NCBI GenBank assembly: GCA_963824605.1
Contig: CAWGPZ010000014.1
Coordinates: 11,263-75,262 of the forward strand
Direction of reading: 5' to 3'
Length of the DNA stretch: 64,000 nucleotides
Source of the DNA: an uncultured Actinomycetota bacterium
GTDB taxonomy: Bacteria > Actinomycetota > Actinomycetes > JAHEKZ01
Under the pieces are notes generated by a model. It had not been told where the DNA came from, made no database searches, and saw only the letters and a program-made list of their open reading frames with translations. The position numbers and the translations under genes were made by a program. This document shows, in pieces, positions 49,522-59,296 of the stretch; position 1 is the stretch's first letter, and each line of letters begins with the position of its first letter.

Positions 49522-51009
49522 ATGACCATCGCCAGTCACTTCATCGGCGGCAAGGCTGTCGAGAGCTCGGGCGGAGAGACCGACGACGTCATCGATCCCA
49601 GCAATGGCCAGACGATTCAGCAGGTCACCCTCGCCACACCGGACGACGTGGATACCGCCGTGGCGGCTGCGGCAGCGGCGTTCCCCGAGTGGTCGGGTGC
49701 GACCCCTGGCGCCCGTTCTGACGCCATTGCGGCATTCGCTCGCGTCCTCGACTCGCAGGCCACCGAGCTTGCCGAGCTCGAAAGCCGACAGGCGGGCAAG
49801 CCGATTCGGTTGGCCACTGAGTTCGACGTGCCGGGTACCGTCGACAACGCGGCGTTCTTCTCCGGTGCGGCGCGCAATCTCGAGGGACGTGCGGCCGGCG
49901 AGTACAGCGGCGATCACACCTCGATCGTCCGCCGCGAAGCAATCGGCGTGGTCGGTTCGATCGCTCCCTGGAACTATCCCCTGCAGATGGCGGCTTGGAA
50001 GGTCCTGCCCGCCATTGCGGCCGGCAACACCATCGTTCTGAAACCAGCCGAGATGACTCCTCTCACCTCGGTCATGTTCGCCCAGGCGGCGCACGAGGCC
50101 GGAATTCCTGCAGGCGTCATCAACGTCATCACCGGTCGTGGGTCGGTGGCCGGCCATCACCTGATCGCCCACCCGGATGTGTCGATGGTGTCGTTCACCG
50201 GGTCCACCCCGGTCGGGCAGAAGGTCATGCAGACCGCGTCCGGCACGGTCAAGCGTGTCCACCTCGAGCTGGGCGGCAAGGCCCCCTTCCTGGTCTTCGA
50301 CGATGCCGACCTCGACGCGGCGATCCAGGGCGCGGTCGCCGGCTCGCTGATCAACTCCGGGCAGGACTGCACGGCCGCAACGCGGGCCTACGTCCAGCGC
50401 CCGCTGTACGAAGCCTTTGTCCAAGGAGTCGCCGAGCTCATGTCGCAGGTCGTGCTCGGGCCGACCGCTGACCCGGCAACAGACCAGGGGCCGTTGATCT
50501 CCCGCCGCCAGCAGGAGAGTGTGGCCGGCTACGTCGAGCGGGCCAGAGGCTATGGCGCCAAGATCGTCACCGGGGGAAAGATTCCCGGCGGAGCGCTCGC
50601 CGACGGTTCGTACTACGAGCCCACGCTGGTCGTTGATGCGGCACAGGACTCCGAGATCGTGCAGGAAGAGCTCTTCGGCCCGGTCCTGGTGGTGCTGCCG
50701 TTCGACGACGACGACGAGGGTCTGCGCCTGGCCAATGACACGCCGTTCGGGCTTGCCGCATCGGTATGGACCCGCGACGTGTTCCGGTCGCTTCGGGCCA
50801 CGAGTGAGATCCGATCGGGATGCGTGTGGGTCAACGACCACATCCCGATCCTCAGTGAGATGCCCCATGGTGGCTACAAGCAGTCTGGCTTCGGCAAGGA
50901 CATGAGCCAGTACTCGTTCGACGAGTACACCAACGTGAAGCACGTCATGTACGACCGCACCGCGGTCGTACGCAAAGACTGGCACCGGACGATCTTCGGG
51001 TCACGGTGA
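49522..51009 (+). CDS. NAD-dependent aldehyde dehydrogenase (succinate-semialdehyde / aminoaldehyde dehydrogenase-like)
   Basis: ATG with GAGGAGGA RBS. ELGGKAP and GQDCTAATR motifs. The ORF track adds 79 codons upstream. Confidence 0.9.
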   Translation: MTIASHFIGGKAVESSGGETDDVIDPSNGQTIQQVTLATPDDVDTAVAAAAAAFPEWSGATPGARSDAIAAFARVLDSQATELAELESRQAGKPIRLATEFDVPGTVDNAAFFSGAARNLEGRAAGEYSGDHTSIVRREAIGVVGSIAPWNYPLQMAAWKVLPAIAAGNTIVLKPAEMTPLTSVMFAQAAHEAGIPAGVINVITGRGSVAGHHLIAHPDVSMVSFTGSTPVGQKVMQTASGTVKRVHLELGGKAPFLVFDDADLDAAIQGAVAGSLINSGQDCTAATRAYVQRPLYEAFVQGVAELMSQVVLGPTADPATDQGPLISRRQQESVAGYVERARGYGAKIVTGGKIPGGALADGSYYEPTLVVDAAQDSEIVQEELFGPVLVVLPFDDDDEGLRLANDTPFGLAASVWTRDVFRSLRATSEIRSGCVWVNDHIPILSEMPHGGYKQSGFGKDMSQYSFDEYTNVKHVMYDRTAVVRKDWHRTIFGSR

Positions 51010-51064
51010 CCGGCGAATCGAGGGGATTCGCGTTCATCCCAACCATCGCGGAGGACATACCAGC

Positions 51065-52264
51065 ATGACTGACCTGAACCCATTCACCAGCCCGGTTTCG
51101 GGCGTTCGCCCAACGGGACTCTCCCGTCGTGGCTTCCTCCGCGGGGTCGGTGCCACTGGCGCAGCCGCCGCGGGCGCAAGTCTGCTGGCTGCCTGCGGTA
51201 GCGACGACGACAGCGGCAGCGGCGGCTCGTCGGGCAACGACGAGCAGATCCTCAACTTCGCCAACTGGCCGCTGTACATCGACACCAAGAGGGTCGACGG
51301 CCAGAAGACCTACCCGACGCTGACTGCCTTCGAGTCTGAGTCCGGCATCGAGGTGAACTACTCCGAACCGGTCAACGACAACGAAGAGTACTTCGCCAAG
51401 ATTCGCCCCATCCTGGCCGCTGACAAGGATGTCGGTGTCGACGCGTTCGTGCTGACCGACTGGATGGCCTCCAAGCTGATCAACCTCACCTGGCTGGAGA
51501 AGCTCGACAAGACGAACATCCCGAACTTCGACAACCTCACGTCCACGTTGAAGTCGCCGACCTTCGACCCCAACCGCGACTACTCGCTGCCTTGGCAGTC
51601 CGGTGTCACGGGCATCGCCTACGACGCGAGCAAGACCGACAAGGTCTCGACCATGACCGAGCTCTTCACCCGCTCCGACCTCAGCGGCCAGGTCACCGCG
51701 CTGAAAGAGATGCGCGACACCATGGGTTTGATCCTGCTCGACCAGGGCAACAACCCCGCTGACTTCACCGAGGAGGAGTGGGCGTCGGCGATCGCGTCGT
51801 TGACAGCTGCGGTCGACAGCAACCAGATCCGTCAGTTCACCGGCAACAACTACGCCCAGTTGTTGGCGCAGGGCACGATCAAGGCCTGCGTGGCGTGGTC
51901 CGGAGACATCATTCAGCTCCAGTTCGACAACCCGAACATCGAGTTCGTCATCCCGGACGGTGGCGGCATGCTCTGGTCGGACAACATGCTGATTCCGAAC
52001 AACGCACAGCACAAGGCGAACGCCGAGGAGTGGATGAACTACTACTACGACCCGGCCGTAGCCGCCGAGCTCGCCGCCTGGGTGAACTACATCTGCCCGG
52101 TCGACGGTGCCCAGGACGAGATGGCGAAGATCGATCCCAAGCTGGCCGAGAACCCGCTCATCTTCCCGAGCCAGGACGACTACGCCCAGTTGTCCATCTT
52201 CCGGGCGCTGACCGACGACGAAGAAACGCAGTTCGCGGCCGAGTACCAGCAAATCACAGTCTGA
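51065..52264 (+). CDS. potD: spermidine/putrescine ABC transporter substrate-binding lipoprotein
   Basis: Tat-like signal plus lipobox (RRGFLRGVGATGAAAAGASLLAACGS). PotD/PotF-family body. Confidence 0.9.
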   Translation: MTDLNPFTSPVSGVRPTGLSRRGFLRGVGATGAAAAGASLLAACGSDDDSGSGGSSGNDEQILNFANWPLYIDTKRVDGQKTYPTLTAFESESGIEVNYSEPVNDNEEYFAKIRPILAADKDVGVDAFVLTDWMASKLINLTWLEKLDKTNIPNFDNLTSTLKSPTFDPNRDYSLPWQSGVTGIAYDASKTDKVSTMTELFTRSDLSGQVTALKEMRDTMGLILLDQGNNPADFTEEEWASAIASLTAAVDSNQIRQFTGNNYAQLLAQGTIKACVAWSGDIIQLQFDNPNIEFVIPDGGGMLWSDNMLIPNNAQHKANAEEWMNYYYDPAVAAELAAWVNYICPVDGAQDEMAKIDPKLAENPLIFPSQDDYAQLSIFRALTDDEETQFAAEYQQITV

Positions 52265-52405
52265 CCGTAGGTCTTTCTTTTCGGGTGCGCCCTTGCCACA
52301 CTGAGCCGTTGGCCTTCGGGCCAGAGGCCAGATCGCGAGGGCGCACCCGACAGACTGTCCTAGCCCTCGACCCCCATCTCCCACGACTGCGATGAATCAG
52401 GACCG

Positions 52406-53572
52406 ATGAGCGAACAGACGATTCCCACCGAGACCCCCGCCGCTGCGACCGCGGGAGGAGCCGACCTCCACATCGTCGATGTGACCAAGCGGTTTGGCAG
52501 CTTCAAGGCCGTCGACGACCTGACCCTGACGATCCCGTCAGGGTCGTTCTTTGCCTTGCTCGGCCCGTCCGGGTGCGGCAAGACCACCACCCTTCGTATG
52601 GTGGCCGGCCTCGAGGAGCCCAGCGAAGGGCGCATCGTGATCGGCGCAGAGGACGTCACGCACAAGAAGCCCTACAAGCGGCCGGTCAACACCGTCTTCC
52701 AGTCGTATGCGCTCTTCCCCCACCTCGACATCTTCGAGAACGTGGCGTTCGGCCTCCGTCGGTCAGGAAGCAAGGATGTCCGCAACGAGGTCGAGGCCAT
52801 GCTCGAGCTCGTCGAGCTCTCGACGTATGCGCGTCGCAAGCCGACCCAGCTCTCAGGTGGTCAGCAACAGCGCGTCGCGGTCGCACGCGCCCTGATCAAC
52901 AAGCCGGAGGTGCTTCTGCTCGACGAACCCTTGGGCGCGCTCGACCTCAAGCTCCGCCGTCAGATGCAGATCGAGCTCAAGCGCATCCAGACCGACGTGG
53001 GCATCACCTTCGTGCACGTCACCCACGACCAAGAAGAAGCCATGACGATGGCCGACACCATCGCGGTCATGAACGCCGGTCGCGTTGAGCAGATGGGCGC
53101 TCCCATCGACCTCTACGAACACCCCGTGACCACGTTCGTGGCGAACTTCCTGGGCCAGTCCAACCTCATCAAGGGCCAGCTCACGGGCAAAGCCGGGGGC
53201 GACACCATGCTTGAGGTCCACGGTCAACGAATGGCGATGCCCACTGCTCGCGTTCACACCGACCGCGACGAGGTCTGGGTAGGCGTGCGACCCGAGAAGA
53301 TGCAGATCAGCCGTGCCGGCACCTCCGTCGAAGGCGAGAACGCCATGACCGGAGTTGTCACCGATGCGAGCTACATCGGGGTCTCCACCCAGTACCTCGT
53401 GGCCCTGCCATGGGGTCAGGAAGTGTCGATCTTCTCCCAGAACCTCTCGACCGAAGGCCCGTTGAGCGCCGGCGACGACGTCGTCCTGCACTGGAATCCT
53501 GCTCACACCTTTGCCCTTGACTCCACGCAGGACGCCGCCGCAGGGGCCGAGAAGGTCGAGGGCGACGAGTGA
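52406..53572 (+). CDS. potA: spermidine/putrescine ABC transporter ATP-binding protein
   Basis: Walker A GPSGCGKTT, signature LSGGQQQRVAVARAL, Walker B LLLDEP. TOBE C-terminus. Confidence 0.93.
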   Translation: MSEQTIPTETPAAATAGGADLHIVDVTKRFGSFKAVDDLTLTIPSGSFFALLGPSGCGKTTTLRMVAGLEEPSEGRIVIGAEDVTHKKPYKRPVNTVFQSYALFPHLDIFENVAFGLRRSGSKDVRNEVEAMLELVELSTYARRKPTQLSGGQQQRVAVARALINKPEVLLLDEPLGALDLKLRRQMQIELKRIQTDVGITFVHVTHDQEEAMTMADTIAVMNAGRVEQMGAPIDLYEHPVTTFVANFLGQSNLIKGQLTGKAGGDTMLEVHGQRMAMPTARVHTDRDEVWVGVRPEKMQISRAGTSVEGENAMTGVVTDASYIGVSTQYLVALPWGQEVSIFSQNLSTEGPLSAGDDVVLHWNPAHTFALDSTQDAAAGAEKVEGDE

Positions 53573-54561
53573 GCGCCGCACCAGCACCGGGGGCCGCCTC
53601 CGCGGCTCCAGCCGATGACGTCGCCCGGTCGGTCGGCACCAAGGCGTGGACTCCGTACGCACTTCTGACGCCGGGCATGCTGTGGTTGGCCATCTTCTTC
53701 CTGGTGCCGACCGTGATGCTCGTGAAGATGTCGCTGTCGTCCGGCACCGCCTTCTCCGGTGACGGGTCATTCACCTTCGACTGGCAGTTCTCGAACTACT
53801 CCGATGCGTGGAACCAGTACGTCATCGACTCACCGATCTTCCAGAAGTCGCTGGTCTATGCGCTGATCGCCACGGTACTGACCCTCGTCATCGCCTACCC
53901 GCTCGCGTACACGATCGCCTTCAAAGCCGGCCGCTGGAAGAACTTCCTGTTGGTGCTCGTGATTGCCCCGTTCTTCACCAGCTTCCTGCTGCGCACCAAC
54001 GCCTGGCAGACGATCCTGGTCGACTCCGGACCTGTGGTGACGTTCATGGAGAACACCGGCATGCTGTCGTTCTTGCACGCGATCAACACCCCTGACTCCT
54101 GGCCCAGCTGGGCGCAGCTCTTTCCGGATGGGCTCACAGGTGAGAACCGAGTGCTGGCCACCCCCCTCGCCGTCATCATTGGTCTGGCCTACAACTTCCT
54201 TCCCTTCATGACGCTGCCGCTCTACGCCAGTCTGGAGCGCATTGACTTCCGACTGATCGAGGCGGCCACCGACCTGTACTCGTCGGCGTTGACTGCCTTC
54301 CGCAAGGTCACGTTCCCTCTCTCGCTGCCGGGTGTCGTTGCCGGAACCCTGCTCACCTTCATCCCGGCGGCAGGCGATCCGGTGAACGCTGCGTTGCTGG
54401 GGTCGGCGAACGATGCCCTGATGGGTAACGCGATCGATTCACAGTTCAAGGCGACGGGCAACTACCCGCTCGCCGCCGCACTGTCGGCCATGCTCATGTT
54501 TGTGATCGTGGTGATGGTCGCGCTCTACGTCCGACGCGCCGGAACTGAGGAGCTCGTCTGA
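53569..54561 (+). CDS. potB: spermidine/putrescine ABC transporter permease
   Basis: 6 TM helices. EAA-like loop region. Overlapping start/stop with neighbouring genes. Confidence 0.9.
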   Translation: MSAAPAPGAASAAPADDVARSVGTKAWTPYALLTPGMLWLAIFFLVPTVMLVKMSLSSGTAFSGDGSFTFDWQFSNYSDAWNQYVIDSPIFQKSLVYALIATVLTLVIAYPLAYTIAFKAGRWKNFLLVLVIAPFFTSFLLRTNAWQTILVDSGPVVTFMENTGMLSFLHAINTPDSWPSWAQLFPDGLTGENRVLATPLAVIIGLAYNFLPFMTLPLYASLERIDFRLIEAATDLYSSALTAFRKVTFPLSLPGVVAGTLLTFIPAAGDPVNAALLGSANDALMGNAIDSQFKATGNYPLAAALSAMLMFVIVVMVALYVRRAGTEELV

Positions 54562-55436
54562 TGTCAGTCCAGACCATTGACCAACGTCGTGAGGAAGCTC
54601 TCGCCGCTTTGCCTCCGCACCGCGAACCTGGCATGGCGACGCGCACAGGCAGATGGCTACGACTGCACCTCGTCCAGTTCTTTGCAGCCTTCGCCCTGTT
54701 GTTCATGTTCATCCCCGTCTTCGTCGTGGTTGCCTTCTCCTTCAACAACCCGTTGGGCAAGTTCAACTACACCTGGAACGAGTTCTCCACCAAGGCGTGG
54801 ACTCAGGTGTGGTCCGACGCCGAGATCACCGGGTCGTTGACCCTCAGCATTCAGATCGCCCTGCTGAGCACCGCAGTCGCGACCGTCCTGGGTACACTCA
54901 TCGCCTTCGCGATCGGGCGTCACAGGTTCCGTGGACGTACCGGGATCAACCTGCTCATCTTCATGCCGATGGCCACTCCTGAGGTCGTCATGGGGTCGTC
55001 GCTGCTGACCCTGTTCGTGGCCGCGCAGCTCGAGGGCAGTCTGGGGTTCGGCACGATCACCGTGGCCCACATCATGTTCAGCATCAGCTTCGTCGTGGTC
55101 ACGGTGAAGGCTCGGGTGGCGGGGCTCGACCCCCGCCTCGAACAGGCCGCCATGGACCTGTACGCCGACGAGAAGACGACGTTCCGCAAGGTGACGTTCC
55201 CCCTCGTGCTCCCTGGGATCATCGCGGCCGCCATGCTCGCCTTCTCGCTCTCCTTCGACGACTTCGTCATCACGAACTTCACGAGTGGGCAGACCGTCAC
55301 GTTCCCCATGTACGTGTGGGGTGCGGCCGGCCGAGGCATCCCGCCGGAGGCGAACGTGGTGGGGGCGATCATGTTCGCGATCGCGCTCGTCGTGGTGCTG
55401 ATTCCTGAAATCCTCAAGCGGGTGCGCAAGGACTAG
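54561..55436 (+). CDS. potC: spermidine/putrescine ABC transporter permease
   Basis: 6 TM helices. Conserved loop EQAAMDLYADEKTTFRKVTFPL. Confidence 0.9.
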   Translation: MSVQTIDQRREEALAALPPHREPGMATRTGRWLRLHLVQFFAAFALLFMFIPVFVVVAFSFNNPLGKFNYTWNEFSTKAWTQVWSDAEITGSLTLSIQIALLSTAVATVLGTLIAFAIGRHRFRGRTGINLLIFMPMATPEVVMGSSLLTLFVAAQLEGSLGFGTITVAHIMFSISFVVVTVKARVAGLDPRLEQAAMDLYADEKTTFRKVTFPLVLPGIIAAAMLAFSLSFDDFVITNFTSGQTVTFPMYVWGAAGRGIPPEANVVGAIMFAIALVVVLIPEILKRVRKD

Positions 55437-55514
55437 GGCTCGTCCGCTGGTTGGGCCTGGGGTCGGAGTGCGCCACCCCAGGGTGTCGTCCATACTCTTC
55501 GTCGAGGTGAGAAC

Positions 55515-56941
55515 GTGTCCGGTGTCCTGTCCGAGGTACCCGTAAGCCCTGCGAGCATTCGCGAATCGTTGCGCGACGCTGAGCCGGCGTCATATTGGCT
55601 TGATGACCCGGGCGCTCCTGAGCCACGCCCACAGCTGGTCGAGCACCTGCGCTGTGACCTGCTGGTGGTCGGCGGCGGCTTCACCGGGCTGTGGACGGCT
55701 CTGCTGGCCAAGGAGGAAGACCCCTCGCTCGATGTGGTGCTCGTCGAGGGGGAGCGCCTCGGGTGGGCAGCGACCGGACGCAACGGTGGATTCGTGGCCT
55801 CGAGTCTTACCCATGGTCTCCCCAACGGCGTCGACCGGTTCGCCGACGAGATGCCTGCGTTGTTGCGGCTGGGCGACGAGAATCTCGACGGCATCGAGAA
55901 GGCGATCGCCCGCTATGGCATCGACGCCCAGTGGGAGCGGAACGGCGAGCTCACTGCCGCCTACGAGCAGTGGCAGGTCGACGAGCTGGGTCACTATGTC
56001 GAGCAGGGCAAGGAGTACGGCGTCGACATCGAGCTGTGGAGCGCCGACCGCATGCGGGCCGAGGTCAACTCGCCGACCTACCTCGGTGGGCTGCATGAGC
56101 CCGAGGGAACCGCCCTGGTGAACCCCGCGCGCCTGGCGTGGGGGCTGGCAGCGGCGGCCGAGAGTCTGGGCGTGCGGATCTTCGAGCGGAGCAAGGTGGT
56201 CGGCCTCGACGATGAGGACGGCCAGATGGTGGCCACGACGGGGTACGGCCAGGTACGCGCACCGAAGGTCGCCCTAGCCACCAACATCTTTCCCAACCTG
56301 GTCAAGCGAGCTCGGCCGTACGTGATCCCGGTGTGGGACTACGTCCTCATGACCGAGCCGCTGAGCGCCGAACAGCTCGCCTCGATCGGATGGCAGAACC
56401 GTCAAGGAATCGGCGACGCCGGCAATCAGTTTCACTACTACCGGCTCAGCGCCGACAACCGAATCCTCTGGGGCGGCTACGACGCCATCTATCACTACGG
56501 CAACGGGCTGAGCGAAGAGCTCGCGCAGCGCCCTGAGTCCTTCGTCACGCTCGCCGGGCACTTCTTCACGACGTTCCCACAGCTGGAGGGCATCCGGTTC
56601 AGCCACACCTGGGGCGGCGCGATCGACACGTCGACCCGCTTCTGTGCTCTCTGGGGGCAGGCGTACAGCGGGAAGGTGTCGTACGTGCTCGGGTACACAG
56701 GTCTCGGGGTAGGCGCGACTCGCTTCGGTGCCCAGGTCATGCTGGACCACCTGCACGGTCGCCGCACCGAGCGCACGGAGCTGGCAATGGTCCGCAAGAA
56801 GCCGATCCCGTTCCCCCCGAGCCGATCAAGTCGGCCGGCATCCAGCTCACCCGCTGGTCCATCAGTCGGGCTGACCAGGAGGGGAAGCGCAACGCCTGGT
56901 TGCGGACTCTGGATCGACTGGGGCTCGGCTTCGACTCGTGA
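55515..56941 (+). pseudogene. FAD-dependent oxidoreductase (DAO family, gamma-glutamylputrescine/aminoaldehyde oxidase-like) with a -1 frameshift in a C6 homopolymer at 56813-56818
   Basis: GTG with GAGGTGA RBS. FAD motif DLLVVGGGFTGLWTAL. After ttcccccc the annotated frame gives a junk tail. The -1 frame gives the family-typical C-terminus PPEPIKSAGIQLTRWSISRADQEGKRNAWLRTLDRLGLGFDS, ending at TGA 56939-56941. Confidence 0.8.
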
Positions 56942-57077
56942 TTGACAGGTTGTAAGGGCTAGCGACCTTTGCATTACATCTTGCAGGTTGTTCTTGACGC
57001 CTCAAGCAGCAAGACTGGACGGGTGCCGCGACCGAGATCTCGGTCGGTCCCCCCGTCCCGCTGTGAGAGGCCCATTC

Positions 57078-58571
57078 ATGAGCAAGCACGTGACCCACTG
57101 GATCGATGGCAAGGCCTTCGGCGGCGTTGCCGACCGCCAGGGCGACATCTACGACCCTGCCACCGGACAGGTCACCGGCAAGGTCGACTTCGCCGATGTC
57201 AGCCTCGTCGATGAGGCTGTTGCTGCCGCCAACGCCGCGTTCCACGAGTGGCGGCACGCCTCGCTCACCAAGCGCAGCCAGGTGCTGTTCAAGTTCCGCG
57301 AGCTGCTGAACGCGCGCAAGGGTGAGATCGCCGAGCTGATCACCGCTGAGCACGGCAAGGTGCTCTCCGACGCTCTGGGCGAGGTCACCCGAGGTCAAGA
57401 GGTCGTGGAGTTCGCCTGCGGGATTCCCCACCTGCTGAAGGGCGGATTCTCCGAGAGCGTGTCCACGCGGGTCGACGTGTACTCCATCCGTCAGCCGCTC
57501 GGGGTCGTGGGCATCATCTCGCCCTTCAACTTCCCGGCCATGGTGCCGATGTGGTTCTTCCCGATCGCCATCGCAGCCGGCAACGCGGTCATCGTGAAGC
57601 CGAGTGAGAAGGACCCGTCAGTTGCCAACTTCCTGGCCGAGCTCTGGGCCGAGGCTGGTCTGCCGGCAGGGGTGTTCAACGTCGTGCACGGCGACAAGGT
57701 CGCCGTCGACCGCCTCCTCGACCACCCCGACGTCAAGGCTGTCTCGTTCGTGGGTTCGACGCCGATTGCCCGGTACGTCTACGAGACGGGCACCAAGAAC
57801 GGGAAGCGAGTTCAGGCTCTCGGCGGCGCCAAGAACCACATGCTGGTGCTGCCGGACGCCGACCTCGATCTCGCCGCTGACCAGGCGATCAACGCCGGGT
57901 TCGGATCTGCCGGCGAACGGTGCATGGCCATCTCGGCGCTGATCGCGGTCGACAGCGTGGCCGATGAGCTGGTGGCGAAGATCAGCGAACGTATCGCCAC
58001 CCTCCGCACGGGCGACGGACGTCGCGGGTCCGACATGGGCCCGCTGGTCACCGGGCAGCACCGCGACAAGGTCGTCGGCTATGTCGCTGCCGGCGTCGAC
58101 GAAGGCGCGACGTTGGTCGTCGACGGGCGCGATGTCGAACCAGACGGTGACGCCGGTGGTTTCTGGCTCGGGCCGACACTCTTCGACAACGTCACCCCCG
58201 ACATGAGCATCTACACCGACGAGATCTTCGGCCCGGTGCTCTCGGTCCTCCGAGTTCACTCCTATGACGAGGGCCTGAAGCTGATCAATGACCACCCGTA
58301 CGGCAACGGCACGGCCATCTTCACCAACGATGGCGGTGCCGCTCGTCGCTTCCAGAACGAGGTCGAGGTCGGCATGGTGGGCATCAACGTGCCCATCCCC
58401 GTCCCCATGGCGTACTACTCGTTCGGTGGGTGGAAGAACTCGCTCTTCGGCGACACGCACGCTCACGGACAGGAGGGCGTGCACTTCTACACCCGGGGCA
58501 AGGTCGTGACCAGCAGGTGGCTCGATCCGAGCCACGGCGGGATCAACCTCGGTTTCCCGCAGAACGCCTAG
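57078..58571 (+). CDS. mmsA: CoA-acylating methylmalonate/malonate-semialdehyde dehydrogenase
   Basis: Family-specific catalytic region GFGSAGERCMAISA. ALGGAKNHMLV. 497 aa. Confidence 0.88.
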   Translation: MSKHVTHWIDGKAFGGVADRQGDIYDPATGQVTGKVDFADVSLVDEAVAAANAAFHEWRHASLTKRSQVLFKFRELLNARKGEIAELITAEHGKVLSDALGEVTRGQEVVEFACGIPHLLKGGFSESVSTRVDVYSIRQPLGVVGIISPFNFPAMVPMWFFPIAIAAGNAVIVKPSEKDPSVANFLAELWAEAGLPAGVFNVVHGDKVAVDRLLDHPDVKAVSFVGSTPIARYVYETGTKNGKRVQALGGAKNHMLVLPDADLDLAADQAINAGFGSAGERCMAISALIAVDSVADELVAKISERIATLRTGDGRRGSDMGPLVTGQHRDKVVGYVAAGVDEGATLVVDGRDVEPDGDAGGFWLGPTLFDNVTPDMSIYTDEIFGPVLSVLRVHSYDEGLKLINDHPYGNGTAIFTNDGGAARRFQNEVEVGMVGINVPIPVPMAYYSFGGWKNSLFGDTHAHGQEGVHFYTRGKVVTSRWLDPSHGGINLGFPQNA

Positions 58572-58580
58572 GAGCTGTCT

Positions 58581-58622
58581 GACGTCGAGAGTCCCGGGCA
58601 GGCCCCGGGGGCTCTCGACGTC
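58581..58622. terminator. strong inverted repeat GACGTCGAGAG...CTCTCGACGTC with nested cccgggcaggccccggg, 10 bp after the mmsA stop
   Basis: 11-bp perfect outer stem plus inner palindrome. Typical high-GC intrinsic-terminator-like structure without a U-tract. Confidence 0.5.
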
Positions 58623-58682
58623 GGCCGCGTCACTCGCCTGGCGGATTTCCACCTCGACAGCGCCCCCTCATGATGGAGCATC

Positions 58683-59219
58683 ATGAATGGCCGTTCAGGA
58701 AACTCGGGGAGTCGTGACGTCATCGGCGTCATTCTCGCGCTTCGCCAGGCCCTGCGAGAGACGCCGACCCAGCAGTGTCCAGAGGTGGCGGCCGAGTACC
58801 TGTGCGAGCTCTTCGACGGATCGATGGCGGCCATCAATCTCATGGACTACGGGCGTTCGCGCTTCCGCACGATCGCCAACGTGGGCAAGCTGGTGGGGGC
58901 GGAGCGGCGATCACCGGATGGGGAAACCTACGCCTTTGCTGACTTCCCGTACACCACTCAGCACCTGGCGCGGGGTGCTGCCTACCGGTCTGCGCTGGAC
59001 GATCCTGCGTGCCCGACCGAGTACCGAGAGATGTTGTCGGCCGACCGCAGGACGGGGTGCCTTGGAGCACCGATCCGGGCGAATGGAAACCCGCTCGGCG
59101 AGCTCTGGGTGGCACGTGACAACGATCAGCCCTTCACCGACGTCGAGGAGGACCTCGCGGTTGCATGCGGGGCCACACTGGCGCGTTTCTGCCGTACGCA
59201 GTTGTCGGTGGCCAGCTGA
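58683..59219 (+). CDS. stand-alone GAF-domain protein
   Basis: 178 aa. GAF-like pattern (ANVGKLVGAERRSPDGETYAFADFPYT...GAPIRANGNPLGELWVAR). Confidence 0.65.
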   Translation: MNGRSGNSGSRDVIGVILALRQALRETPTQQCPEVAAEYLCELFDGSMAAINLMDYGRSRFRTIANVGKLVGAERRSPDGETYAFADFPYTTQHLARGAAYRSALDDPACPTEYREMLSADRRTGCLGAPIRANGNPLGELWVARDNDQPFTDVEEDLAVACGATLARFCRTQLSVAS

Positions 59220-59296
59220 CGGATCCGCAGTCCTCCCCGTGTTCGGTCCACCACCGATGGCTCCCGGTCGGGTACAGCCCCCGATAGGGTGCGAGC

